Below, one piece after another: positions 53,345-64,000 of a stretch of DNA of 64,000 nucleotides (the stretch's first letter is position 1; each line of letters opens with the position of its first letter). The translations under genes were made by a program, and so were the position numbers. Location of the stretch: contig JBLNBA010000002.1 of assembly GCA_050259635.1 (NCBI GenBank), forward strand, positions 90,681-154,680, read 5' to 3'. This DNA comes from Bacillota bacterium (lineage in GTDB: Bacteria; Patescibacteriota; Patescibacteriia; Patescibacteriales; UBA12465). Below the pieces are notes generated by a model. The model had not been told where the DNA came from. It was given only the letters and a program-made list of their open reading frames with translations, and ran no database searches.

Positions 53345-54292
53345 ATGGCCAAGACCAAGGAAATATCTCGACGAATAAAATCCATCAGCAGCACCAAGAA
53401 GATTACTAGGGCGATGGAGATGGTCGCTGCCGCTAAAATGCGGAAGGCCGTTGAGGCTGTTTTACGTACGCGTACCTACGCCAATTTAAGCTGGGAAACG
53501 GTCATCCACCTATCTGCGATGGCGAGTAACAAGGGAGAGGCCATGCATCCTTTGCTGGTTAAGCGTCCTGAGACAAAGCGCGTAGCGATGATCCTGATTA
53601 GCTCTAATCGCGGCTTATGCGGCGGATACAATGCCAATATTCTGAATAAAGCCAAGGATTCTATCCGCAAACATCCTGAAGTACCCGTCGACTTTGTGCT
53701 GGTGGGGAAGAAGGGATCGGCGGTTTATTCGCAAAATTATACCGTCGCCGCCGAATTCCCCAAAAGCGACCTGTTAGGTAGCGTCCAAGAAGTCGTTCCT
53801 ATCGTCAGCTTGGCCATAAAGGAATTTTTGGCTGGTACCTATGACAAGGTTTTTGTCGCTTATACCGATTTCGTCAATGCTGCTAAACAGATACCGCGGG
53901 TCAAGCAATTGTTGCCGGTGGATGTAAGGGCGGAAGACCAATATTTAGGGATTGTTGGTGACCCGAAAGTGAGTGTTACGAAAGAGCTTATCGAAGAGAA
54001 GGCGCAGAAGCACGTCGCTCCTAAGGAGGGTTTTGAATTCATCTTTGAGCCCAGTGCTACGGAGGTACTTGATAGCATCATTCCCCGTTTGCTTGAGGTC
54101 CAGGTTTTCCAGGCGATGCTTGAAGCCAATGCCTCCGAACATAGTGCGAGCATGAGTGCCATGCATCAGGCAACCGAGGCGGCGACCGACATGGTCAAAG
54201 AGCTTACTCTTTTCTATAATAAGGCCAGACAGGCCGGCATAACCGCGGAAATCGCAGAAATTAGCGCCGGCGCCAATGCTCTGCTGGATTAA
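53345..54292 (+). CDS. atpG: F1 subunit gamma
   Basis: IKSISSTKKITRAMEMVAAAK...ITAEIAEISAGANAL. Confidence 0.93.
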   Translation: MAKTKEISRRIKSISSTKKITRAMEMVAAAKMRKAVEAVLRTRTYANLSWETVIHLSAMASNKGEAMHPLLVKRPETKRVAMILISSNRGLCGGYNANILNKAKDSIRKHPEVPVDFVLVGKKGSAVYSQNYTVAAEFPKSDLLGSVQEVVPIVSLAIKEFLAGTYDKVFVAYTDFVNAAKQIPRVKQLLPVDVRAEDQYLGIVGDPKVSVTKELIEEKAQKHVAPKEGFEFIFEPSATEVLDSIIPRLLEVQVFQAMLEANASEHSASMSAMHQATEAATDMVKELTLFYNKARQAGITAEIAEISAGANALLD

Positions 54293-54302
54293 TCGATTAT
54301 AA

Positions 54303-55706
<1,404 letters not shown>

Positions 55707-55730
55707 AAAAAACAGCTCTAAGCTTTTAAT

Positions 55731-56180
55731 ATGGCCGACAAGAAGAGTATACAATTCGAAATCGTCACTCCGGAACGCGTCCTCTTGAAGGAAGAGGTGT
55801 CTCAAGTCGTTGTTCCGACCCAAGCCGGCGAGATTACGGTCCTGCCGGATCATATCCCTTTGGTGTCCATCATCAAGCCGGGAGTTTTGGAAGTGAAGAC
55901 GGCGGCCGGCGCTACGGAAATAATTTCAATCTCCGGCGGATTCCTTGAAGTTCTCTTGGGTAAAGTGGTCGTTTTGGCGGACATGGCCGAGAGAGCCCAA
56001 GAATTGGATGAATCCTGCATCGAGGCAGCTAAGAAAAAAGCCGAAGAAGCTAAAGAAGAGGCAGCCACTCGGCAAGATTATGACTTTTCTGCCGTGGCGG
56101 CCCGGCTTGAGGTGGAAATGGCAAGAGAGCGGGCTTTACACAAGTGGCGTAAGCTTAATAATATCAATCCAGGAAAATAA
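55731..56180 (+). CDS. atpC: F1 subunit epsilon
   Basis: FEIVTPERVL..., a beta-sandwich plus a helical hairpin. Confidence 0.9.
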   Translation: MADKKSIQFEIVTPERVLLKEEVSQVVVPTQAGEITVLPDHIPLVSIIKPGVLEVKTAAGATEIISISGGFLEVLLGKVVVLADMAERAQELDESCIEAAKKKAEEAKEEAATRQDYDFSAVAARLEVEMARERALHKWRKLNNINPGK

Positions 56181-56206
56181 AATAGTAAACTAAAAAAGGA
56201 GAGATT

Positions 56207-57004
56207 ATGAACACTAAGGAGGCTGTGCCGGCCGTGGAATCGGTAAAGACGACAAAGTTAGAGCTTTGGGAGGAGAACATGCATAACTCACTTTTGCAGG
56301 AACTCAAGAAGGGAAAAACCCTTGATGAAGCCCTGCATGCTTTTTCCGGGTTCAATGAGGCGTTTAGAGAACTCGATACTATCGATTGCTCGGATGGCCG
56401 CGTGCTCGGAGGCAGGAAGATCGGCTTAGCCGGTTCCGGTATTTTGCTTTCAGCAGAAGAGAAAGAGGCGTTTATCCAAGCCAATAAAGGCAAGGTGAAG
56501 AAGGTGACCAGCCATGAAGACTGCGGAGCCGCCAAGCTTGCTTATTCTCTGCTTGAATCGAAGCCGGAAGGAATGACCGCGGATGAATATGGCCGGAAAT
56601 TGGCTATGGAATTCGCAGCTGCTTTGGGTGCCGAGCATGAATTCTTGCCCATGGGCGAGATGGCAGAAGAGCATCACAATGAAGCTGGGCTGACTATCGA
56701 TGGGACCGGAAAGTTCGATAGCACCAACTTGTTCGGATTTCCACCTCATTTTGTCTGCAGTGCTGCCGGTTTTGGCATTAGCGACGAGTATGTCGTGAAG
56801 GAAGCCGATACTCTTATCGGAATCACTTTTGGCGGACATGGCTTCGGTGAGCTTATCACTAAGGAGGATCCTTTTCGCTTAATGGTAATCGCTCGTGATA
56901 AAGAGCAAGCAGACCGTCTTCTCCAGGCCGTAAAGCCGATAGTCGATAAGTACGAAGGAAGGGTAAAAGCAGAAGCTGTTATCCGTGCTTCAATGACCGT
57001 GTAA
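56207..57004 (+). CDS. Uncharacterised protein with a beta-carbonic-anhydrase-like CxDxR / HxxCGA signature
   Basis: 265 aa with DCSDGRV (aa 60-66) and SHEDCGAAK (aa 102-110). Starts 26 nt after atpC. Confidence 0.5.
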   Translation: MNTKEAVPAVESVKTTKLELWEENMHNSLLQELKKGKTLDEALHAFSGFNEAFRELDTIDCSDGRVLGGRKIGLAGSGILLSAEEKEAFIQANKGKVKKVTSHEDCGAAKLAYSLLESKPEGMTADEYGRKLAMEFAAALGAEHEFLPMGEMAEEHHNEAGLTIDGTGKFDSTNLFGFPPHFVCSAAGFGISDEYVVKEADTLIGITFGGHGFGELITKEDPFRLMVIARDKEQADRLLQAVKPIVDKYEGRVKAEAVIRASMTV

Positions 57005-57022
57005 GAATTATTTTCTGAATTG

Positions 57023-57054
57023 AAAAAGCCGCCCGATAAAAGGCGGCCTTTTTT
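57023..57054. terminator. Bidirectional terminator between the atp-linked gene and uppP
   Basis: AAAAAGCCGCC-cgataaaa-GGCGGCCTTTTTT. Confidence 0.8.
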
Positions 57055-57063
57055 ATTCCGAAA

Positions 57064-57846
57064 TTATGAAAGGAAGATCCAGGATAGCAGGATGATCCCG
57101 AGCCCGATACGGTACCAGCCGAAAGCCTGGAAATCATTGCGCTGGATATATCTGAGGAAAAACTTAATCCCAAGAATAGCGGTGATGAAAGCGGTTACTA
57201 GGCCGATGATCCAGATCCAGAGGTCATTTCCTTGGAGTGCGGGAGGGGATTGATATAGGTCAAGGACGGTGGCGCCAAGCATCGTGGGCAAGGCTAAAAG
57301 GAAAGAGAATTCGACGATATTCTTCCGGGATATCCCGAGAGAAAGGCCACCCATGATCGTGGCTGCCGAGCGAGAAACGCCGGGTACGATGGCGAGCGAT
57401 TGGAAAACACCGACTATCGCCGCTTGCTTATAGCTCATAGCGCTCAATGCTTGTTCCGGGTCGGCTATTGTCTTCTTGCCGAAGCGGCGCTCAAGGATGA
57501 TAAGGATAATACCACCTATTAATAGTGTAACGGCGATAAGCGGGATACTGTCTAATAGGTATTGTTTGATCAGTCCATAGGCTCCAAAACCGATGATGGC
57601 CGTAGGGATGAAACCGGCGGCAATCTTGAGGATGATCTTCGGCTCCTTGAGGATCATCCTGGCGTATAAAGCCGCTACCGATAGAATCGCACCTAACTGG
57701 ATGGAAATAAGGAAACTAGAAAGGAAGCCGCTCTCCGGCAGGCGTAGAGCCTTAGAGGCAAGGATGAGGTGGGCGGTCGAAGAGATAGGGAGGAATTCTG
57801 TTATTCCTTCTATAATGCCCAGGATGATTGAATGGATGTAGGTCAT
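57064..57846 (-). CDS. uppP: Undecaprenyl-diphosphate phosphatase
   Basis: IIEGITEFLPISSTAHL, PGVSRSAATI. Confidence 0.92.
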   Translation of the reverse strand: MTYIHSIILGIIEGITEFLPISSTAHLILASKALRLPESGFLSSFLISIQLGAILSVAALYARMILKEPKIILKIAAGFIPTAIIGFGAYGLIKQYLLDSIPLIAVTLLIGGIILIILERRFGKKTIADPEQALSAMSYKQAAIVGVFQSLAIVPGVSRSAATIMGGLSLGISRKNIVEFSFLLALPTMLGATVLDLYQSPPALQGNDLWIWIIGLVTAFITAILGIKFFLRYIQRNDFQAFGWYRIGLGIILLSWIFLS

Positions 57847-57905
57847 ATAGTTACATTTATTATATCCGATACTTCTTTGAGAGTCGAATCAAGTAAGTTG
57901 CATCC

Positions 57906-57972
57906 TTGACACTTACCCTAAAAAAGCATAAAATGTGCTTAGGAATTAGCAGTCAATATAATCGAGTGCTAA
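57906..57972 (+). promoter_or_regulatory. groESL promoter plus CIRCE operator
   Basis: TTGACA-17-TAAAAT (57906-57934), then TTAGCAGTC-N9-GAGTGCTAA (57946-57972, one mismatch to consensus). Confidence 0.85.
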
Positions 57973-58047
57973 TATCATCTATTTAATATTTATTTTAAAA
58001 TAAGCTAAATCTGGAAGTATTTTCTTCCAGTTTAGCCCTTCTGCGTT

Positions 58048-58338
58048 ATGAAACTCAGACCACTATCAAACCACGTAATCATCAAGGCGGCTGCCCAGGA
58101 GGAAATGACAAAGTCAGGCATCGTCCTCCCTGGAACGTCTGACAAAGATCGTCCAGAAAAAGGCGAAGTAATTGCTGTTGGACCAGGAAAACAATTAGAC
58201 AATGGACAGATCGCTCCGATGAGCGTAAAGATCGGAGACCAAGTAGTTTTTAAAAAATATTCACCCGACGAAATCAAGATTGATGGTGAGGAGTATCTCA
58301 TCCTCGATGAGACGGATATCGTCGCTGTAATCGAATAA
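58048..58338 (+). CDS. groES: Co-chaperonin GroES
   Basis: 96 aa: LRPLSNHVIIK...GIVLP...GDQVVFKKY. Confidence 0.95.
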   Translation: MKLRPLSNHVIIKAAAQEEMTKSGIVLPGTSDKDRPEKGEVIAVGPGKQLDNGQIAPMSVKIGDQVVFKKYSPDEIKIDGEEYLILDETDIVAVIE

Positions 58339-58342
58339 TTAA

Positions 58343-60016
<1,674 letters not shown>

Positions 60017-60035
60017 TATTCATTAAACATAGTAG

Positions 60036-60068
60036 AAAAAAGGAGCTCGAAGATGGGCTCCTTTTTTT
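60036..60068 (+). terminator. Intrinsic terminator after groEL
   Basis: AAAAAAGGAGC-loop-GCTCCTTTTTTT. Confidence 0.8.
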
Positions 60069-60130
60069 AATTTTCGAGTTTGTTATCGAGCATCTTTTCT
60101 GCTATAATAGCACCATAAAACCTAAGTTAA

Positions 60131-60604
60131 ATGGTTATGGCACAGGTAAAGCTTACTAAGAATAAGAAAAAAACAGTCGTGGCAGTCTCCGGATATTTTA
60201 ATCCGCTCCACGTTGGGCATTTGGAAATGATTGAGCGAGCTAAAAAGCTTGGCGACAAGCTGGTTGCTATCATCAATAACGATTATCAGGTAAAGCTTAA
60301 AGGCAGCGTACCTTTTATGAAGCTGGCGGATCGGGTCCAGATAGTGTCCGCTTTACGGGCGGTTGACCAAGTCTTCGTTTCTATCGATCGCGATAAGACT
60401 GTCTGCAAGTCTCTCGCTAAAGTTCGGCCGGATATATTTGCTAATGGCGGCGACCGAAAGAATATCGGCGATGTTCCTGAATATGGTGTTTGCCAGAAAT
60501 TTGGGATAAGGATGGTGGATGGCTTAGGGAAGAAGATCCGTGCCAGTTCCGCGCTTATCGCTTCCGCGGCCCAAAAGAAAGAGAAACTGGCGATTAAAAA
60601 ATGA
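60131..60604 (+). CDS. Cytidylyl/adenylyltransferase-family nucleotidyltransferase
   Basis: VSGYFNPLHVGHLEMI (HxGH motif), 157 aa. Confidence 0.75.
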   Translation: MVMAQVKLTKNKKKTVVAVSGYFNPLHVGHLEMIERAKKLGDKLVAIINNDYQVKLKGSVPFMKLADRVQIVSALRAVDQVFVSIDRDKTVCKSLAKVRPDIFANGGDRKNIGDVPEYGVCQKFGIRMVDGLGKKIRASSALIASAAQKKEKLAIKK

Positions 60605-61488
60605 TTATGACGAATACGAGGAGGACATTATACATATTATTCATTCTTCTTGCCGCCGGGGCTTTGCTTGGCGGCGTTTTTGGAAAGAAAACCTGGCATC
60701 GCCTTGAGAACATATTAGCTAAAGAAGAGCCGGTAAGCCCTGCCTTACGTCCGGAGATATCAGTCCGTTTTTTGGAAGGATGGAATAATACGGAGATGGG
60801 AGAGTATTTAGAAAAACAGACTTCGTGGAGCAAGAAAGATTGGCTGGACGTTGTCGGTTATCCGCGTGAAGACCATTCTTCATCCTTGGATCTTTCCGCT
60901 CGTTATAGTCTTTTAGCGGATAAACCTGCGAACGCCGGTTTGGAAGGTTACCTTTATCCCGATACCTATCGCATCTTTGCTTCCAGTTCCACTCCGGAAG
61001 ATTTGGTTATAAAGATGCTGGATAATCTTGATAAGCGCCTCACTCCTAAAATGAGGGCGGATATTGCCAGCCAAGGAAAGTCCATCTTTGAAATCATGAC
61101 GATGGCGTCGTTGCTTGAGAAAGAAGCTCCTATAAATTATACAAACGGCGATAATAAAGACGCTAAAATAATAGCTGGTATCTTTTGGGATCGGATCAAG
61201 AATGGACAGGCTTTGCAGTCTTGCGCTTCTCTTGCGTATATTCTGGGCGTGAATAAGCCGCAGTACAGCGCGGAAGATACCCAGGTCGAGTCCCCATATA
61301 ATACTTATCAAAATCGGGGCCTGCCTCCGGGGCCGATCAGCAACCCGGGAATATTGGCGATAGAAGCGGCTATTTATCCGACTTACACCAATTATAATTA
61401 CTTCCTTACTCCTTCTGGGAGCAAGGACATAATTTACGCGGCTACATACGAGGAGCACTTGCGGAACAAGCGCCAGTATCTGCCGTAA
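60601..61488 (+). CDS. mltG: Endolytic murein transglycosylase MltG (YceG-like)
   Basis: N-terminal TM helix, LEGYLYPDTY, MASLLEKEA, NTYQNRGLPPGPISNPG. Confidence 0.88.
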   Translation: MIMTNTRRTLYILFILLAAGALLGGVFGKKTWHRLENILAKEEPVSPALRPEISVRFLEGWNNTEMGEYLEKQTSWSKKDWLDVVGYPREDHSSSLDLSARYSLLADKPANAGLEGYLYPDTYRIFASSSTPEDLVIKMLDNLDKRLTPKMRADIASQGKSIFEIMTMASLLEKEAPINYTNGDNKDAKIIAGIFWDRIKNGQALQSCASLAYILGVNKPQYSAEDTQVESPYNTYQNRGLPPGPISNPGILAIEAAIYPTYTNYNYFLTPSGSKDIIYAATYEEHLRNKRQYLP

Positions 61489-61493
61489 CGCAT

Positions 61494-63851
61494 ATGTTCG
61501 ACGAGACTGGAAAGAAGGAAGAGAAGGGCATACAGTCGACCGGGGGGAATAATTTCCTTGATCCGGGGATGCCGATAAACGACGGCCTGGACGAGAAAAA
61601 AAGGAAACTATTGATCCTGGGGACAATATTTGTCCTCATCGTTGTCGCGGTCCTTTTCTGGATCTTATTTCACGCGCTCCGTAGCCCTAAGAACGATCAA
61701 CCTGAAGACGCCTCCGCCTCCACGACGGATCCTGCCCGTTTGGGTGATGCCCATTTAGAGGGCGGCCCCGGTGATAAGGGGAATGAAAACGGGGGCTCGG
61801 CGATTGAGAACGTGGAGTATCTGTCTTTCGCCGATTTTTATCGTGAGCCGGCGACGCCGATTCCGTCTGCTTTTGCTTCCTTCGATCTGCCTTTGAATGT
61901 GAAAGCGGACGTGTCCAATTATTATGATATTTCTCGCAAGATCGACCTTGAAAAATCCTTAACCGCCTTGAATTCCAATGGTTTTGCCGTAGTAAATAAT
62001 CCATGGGAAAAACAGTCTTCTAATTTCTATTCTCTCGCTCAGACTTTATCGGATAATGGAGTGCCGCTATATATCAGTGCAGATTTTCTTTCCTATTATT
62101 ACCAGGGGGCCCTGAAAGCATCATTCAAGGATATCGAGGAAGGCGTTTTTTTTGATAGCCTGTGGCAGATTAGCAAGTCTCTTTTCGATTCTTCCCGCGC
62201 CCGCTATGAAGCGCGGGTAGCGGAAGCTCCGGTTGGGAATGACCCGATATTAGAGGGCGAACGGCTTGAGACCGCTTTTTTTGCGGTTGCTTTAGAACTC
62301 CTTAAACCCCAGCCGTCCCAAGTGGATGAGCAGAATAAGTTTGCGGCGGGGAAATTCAGTCCTCAGGAGAAAGAAAAGCTCGCTTTCAATGTCCCGGGAT
62401 ACTTGAATGACGATGTCGTCAAGGAGCTGGAATTGATCCGGGCCGCGCAAGACCGCCGGATCTCTCCGGTACTGTTATATGACCGGGATTATAAGCAATT
62501 CGTTGTCCCGTCCGAGTACCGATCGAATGCCAAGCTTAATAATTTTTATCTCGCCGCCGCTTGGCTAAATTCCATTTTTCCTTTGAATTATCGAGCTGAT
62601 TCCTGTAAAGACTGTTTGCTAGATAAGGATGATTGGCGTATCAATATTACCGCCGCCGCCCTGATCGCCCAGGATTTTTCGAAAAATCAGGAGCTTAAAG
62701 ATGAATGGGCGAGAGTATACAAGACGATGGCGTTTTTCAAAGGCTTGCGTGATTCTTGGGATTACGTAGATTATCGCGATGCTTCTAAGAATCTTTTCGG
62801 GGAGGAGTATGATATCGCTTCTGTTTTTGGCACCGAAAAAGGCGACGAGGAAAGAGAACGGTTACGGAACTTGCTTCTGGAACGCCAACCTTCGCCGATG
62901 CAGGGAGGTAACAGTCTTAAGACGATGGACGGTTACCAGAATGCCGGTTTCCAATTTTTGGCGGATTTCTATTGGCCCAATGAGTTCATTTTCGGACGCT
63001 TAAGCTATCCTGCGACCGGCATCCTCCAAGGGAAGCTGACCGAGGGTAATGTTACCTCTTGCCTTTATGATCGCAAATACCAACGCTGCCAAGGAAGTGG
63101 ACAGGATATCTTGAAAATTCTTAATCCTGCTTGGGAAAGCGAGGCTTATGCGATAAACGCCGGCTATGAGAAATATGGGGAAGCCTTAACGAATCTTCGC
63201 CCCGAAGCGGAAGCGGCGATGGGCAGCCAGGTAAACAATTACTGGTCCAGTCTCTTCCTCTGGAATACTTACCTGGATTCTTCCGCCGATTCATTGCCCG
63301 CCAATTTACGGACCGAAGCTTGGAGGGAAAGGATGGCTCAAAGCGCGATGGGCGGCTGGATCGATCTTCAGGTTCCGGAGGACAAGCTGGCCGTGAGGAA
63401 GGAAGATGCAACTGGCGGATTGTCTGCGTCTTCCGGGAATGCGGAATATGCCTCCGTCGAGCCACAGGTAGCTTTCTATGACCGCATGCTTGCTCACGGC
63501 AATATGGTAATGGGGATGTTCCAGGCTTTAGGCTTGGACTTGCGTTCCAGCTTAGCGGCTAACCGCTTGCGGGAGACCCTTTGGCAAATTGCCGGCTTGA
63601 AAGCGATCGCCGAGAAGCAGGCGGCGGGACAAGCTATATCTGCAGAAGACATCCAGTTCGTGAAAAACTTTATCCGTTTACAGACTGTGGAAAGCGAAGG
63701 GGAGAAACTTATACTCCTGCGCAATGGATTTCTCGGGATGGCGATAAAAGAACAGATGCTTAGCCCAGGTATAATCGTCGTTGCTAATAAGGTCGGCGAT
63801 GAGATAGTTTTTTCAGCCGGTCCGATATACAGGTTTAAGGAAAGCAAATAA
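61494..63851 (+). CDS. Large (785 aa) membrane-anchored extracytoplasmic protein of unknown function
   Basis: One TM helix (LILGTIFVLIVVAVLFWILF), then ~700 aa with no motif I can assign. DUF3160-like is a guess. Confidence 0.6.
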   Translation: MFDETGKKEEKGIQSTGGNNFLDPGMPINDGLDEKKRKLLILGTIFVLIVVAVLFWILFHALRSPKNDQPEDASASTTDPARLGDAHLEGGPGDKGNENGGSAIENVEYLSFADFYREPATPIPSAFASFDLPLNVKADVSNYYDISRKIDLEKSLTALNSNGFAVVNNPWEKQSSNFYSLAQTLSDNGVPLYISADFLSYYYQGALKASFKDIEEGVFFDSLWQISKSLFDSSRARYEARVAEAPVGNDPILEGERLETAFFAVALELLKPQPSQVDEQNKFAAGKFSPQEKEKLAFNVPGYLNDDVVKELELIRAAQDRRISPVLLYDRDYKQFVVPSEYRSNAKLNNFYLAAAWLNSIFPLNYRADSCKDCLLDKDDWRINITAAALIAQDFSKNQELKDEWARVYKTMAFFKGLRDSWDYVDYRDASKNLFGEEYDIASVFGTEKGDEERERLRNLLLERQPSPMQGGNSLKTMDGYQNAGFQFLADFYWPNEFIFGRLSYPATGILQGKLTEGNVTSCLYDRKYQRCQGSGQDILKILNPAWESEAYAINAGYEKYGEALTNLRPEAEAAMGSQVNNYWSSLFLWNTYLDSSADSLPANLRTEAWRERMAQSAMGGWIDLQVPEDKLAVRKEDATGGLSASSGNAEYASVEPQVAFYDRMLAHGNMVMGMFQALGLDLRSSLAANRLRETLWQIAGLKAIAEKQAAGQAISAEDIQFVKNFIRLQTVESEGEKLILLRNGFLGMAIKEQMLSPGIIVVANKVGDEIVFSAGPIYRFKESK

Positions 63852-63874
63852 TTAAGATATGATATCTTACTAAT

Positions 63875-64000
63875 ATGAGAGGCACTTTAGAGAGCTTGTC
63901 ATTCGCTAAGAGCGACGAACAGTCCAAGCTGTGGCGAAAGAGCGCCGAGGAAGTCGCTAAGTTTATCCTCGATCATCTTGAAAGTCCTGGATTCTTAGAT
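63875..64000 (+). CDS. Start of an unidentified ORF truncated by the window end
   Basis: ATG at 63875; MRGTLESLSFAKSDEQSKLWRKSAEEVAKFILDHLESPGFLD... stays open to nt 64000. Confidence 0.3.
   Translation, partial: MRGTLESLSFAKSDEQSKLWRKSAEEVAKFILDHLESPGFLD

Overview
This 64 kb window is a gene-dense chromosomal segment, about 90% coding and mostly on the + strand, from a small-genome bacterium. The gene content looks like Candidate Phyla Radiation / Patescibacteria (my inference): pilin-like and thrombospondin-type-3-repeat surface proteins, anaerobic class III RNR, an F-type ATPase, and many lineage-specific orphans. The genetic code is standard; TGA terminates nrdG, pilD and the ATPase at the expected lengths. 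I recognise these gene groups: clpP, secDF, a Wzy_C/TPR protein with a prepilin peptidase, ftsA-ftsZ, nrdR-nrdD-nrdG, a VirD4-like ATPase with a DEDDh exonuclease and a processive GT2, ftsB, three tRNAs, a peptidoglycan-enzyme fusion with ftsEX, msrBA, a U32 peptidase, capA, an OmpR/HK two-component pair, PBP2, hrcA-grpE-hsp20-dnaK-dnaJ, lexA-dinB, tatD, atpZBEFHAGDC, uppP, groESL and mltG. I also read several regulatory sites directly: two CIRCE elements, a Cheo-type SOS box, tandem NrdR boxes, extended -10 promoters and intrinsic terminators. I saw no CRISPR array, transposase, integrase or rRNA. The best candidates for something undescribed are two. (1) nrdD ends before its glycyl-radical loop, which lies on a separate 48-codon mini-ORF absent from the ORF track. 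This suggests a GrcA-like 'spare part' arrangement for an RNR. (2) Two AT-rich monocistronic orphan genes (14306 and 47497) appear paralogous and share a conserved 5' leader: a hairpin followed by UUUCUUUAACAA. The other findings are unusual fusions and gene contexts. All calls come from reading the sequence by eye; no searches were run, and hand-derived coordinates may be off by 1 nt.
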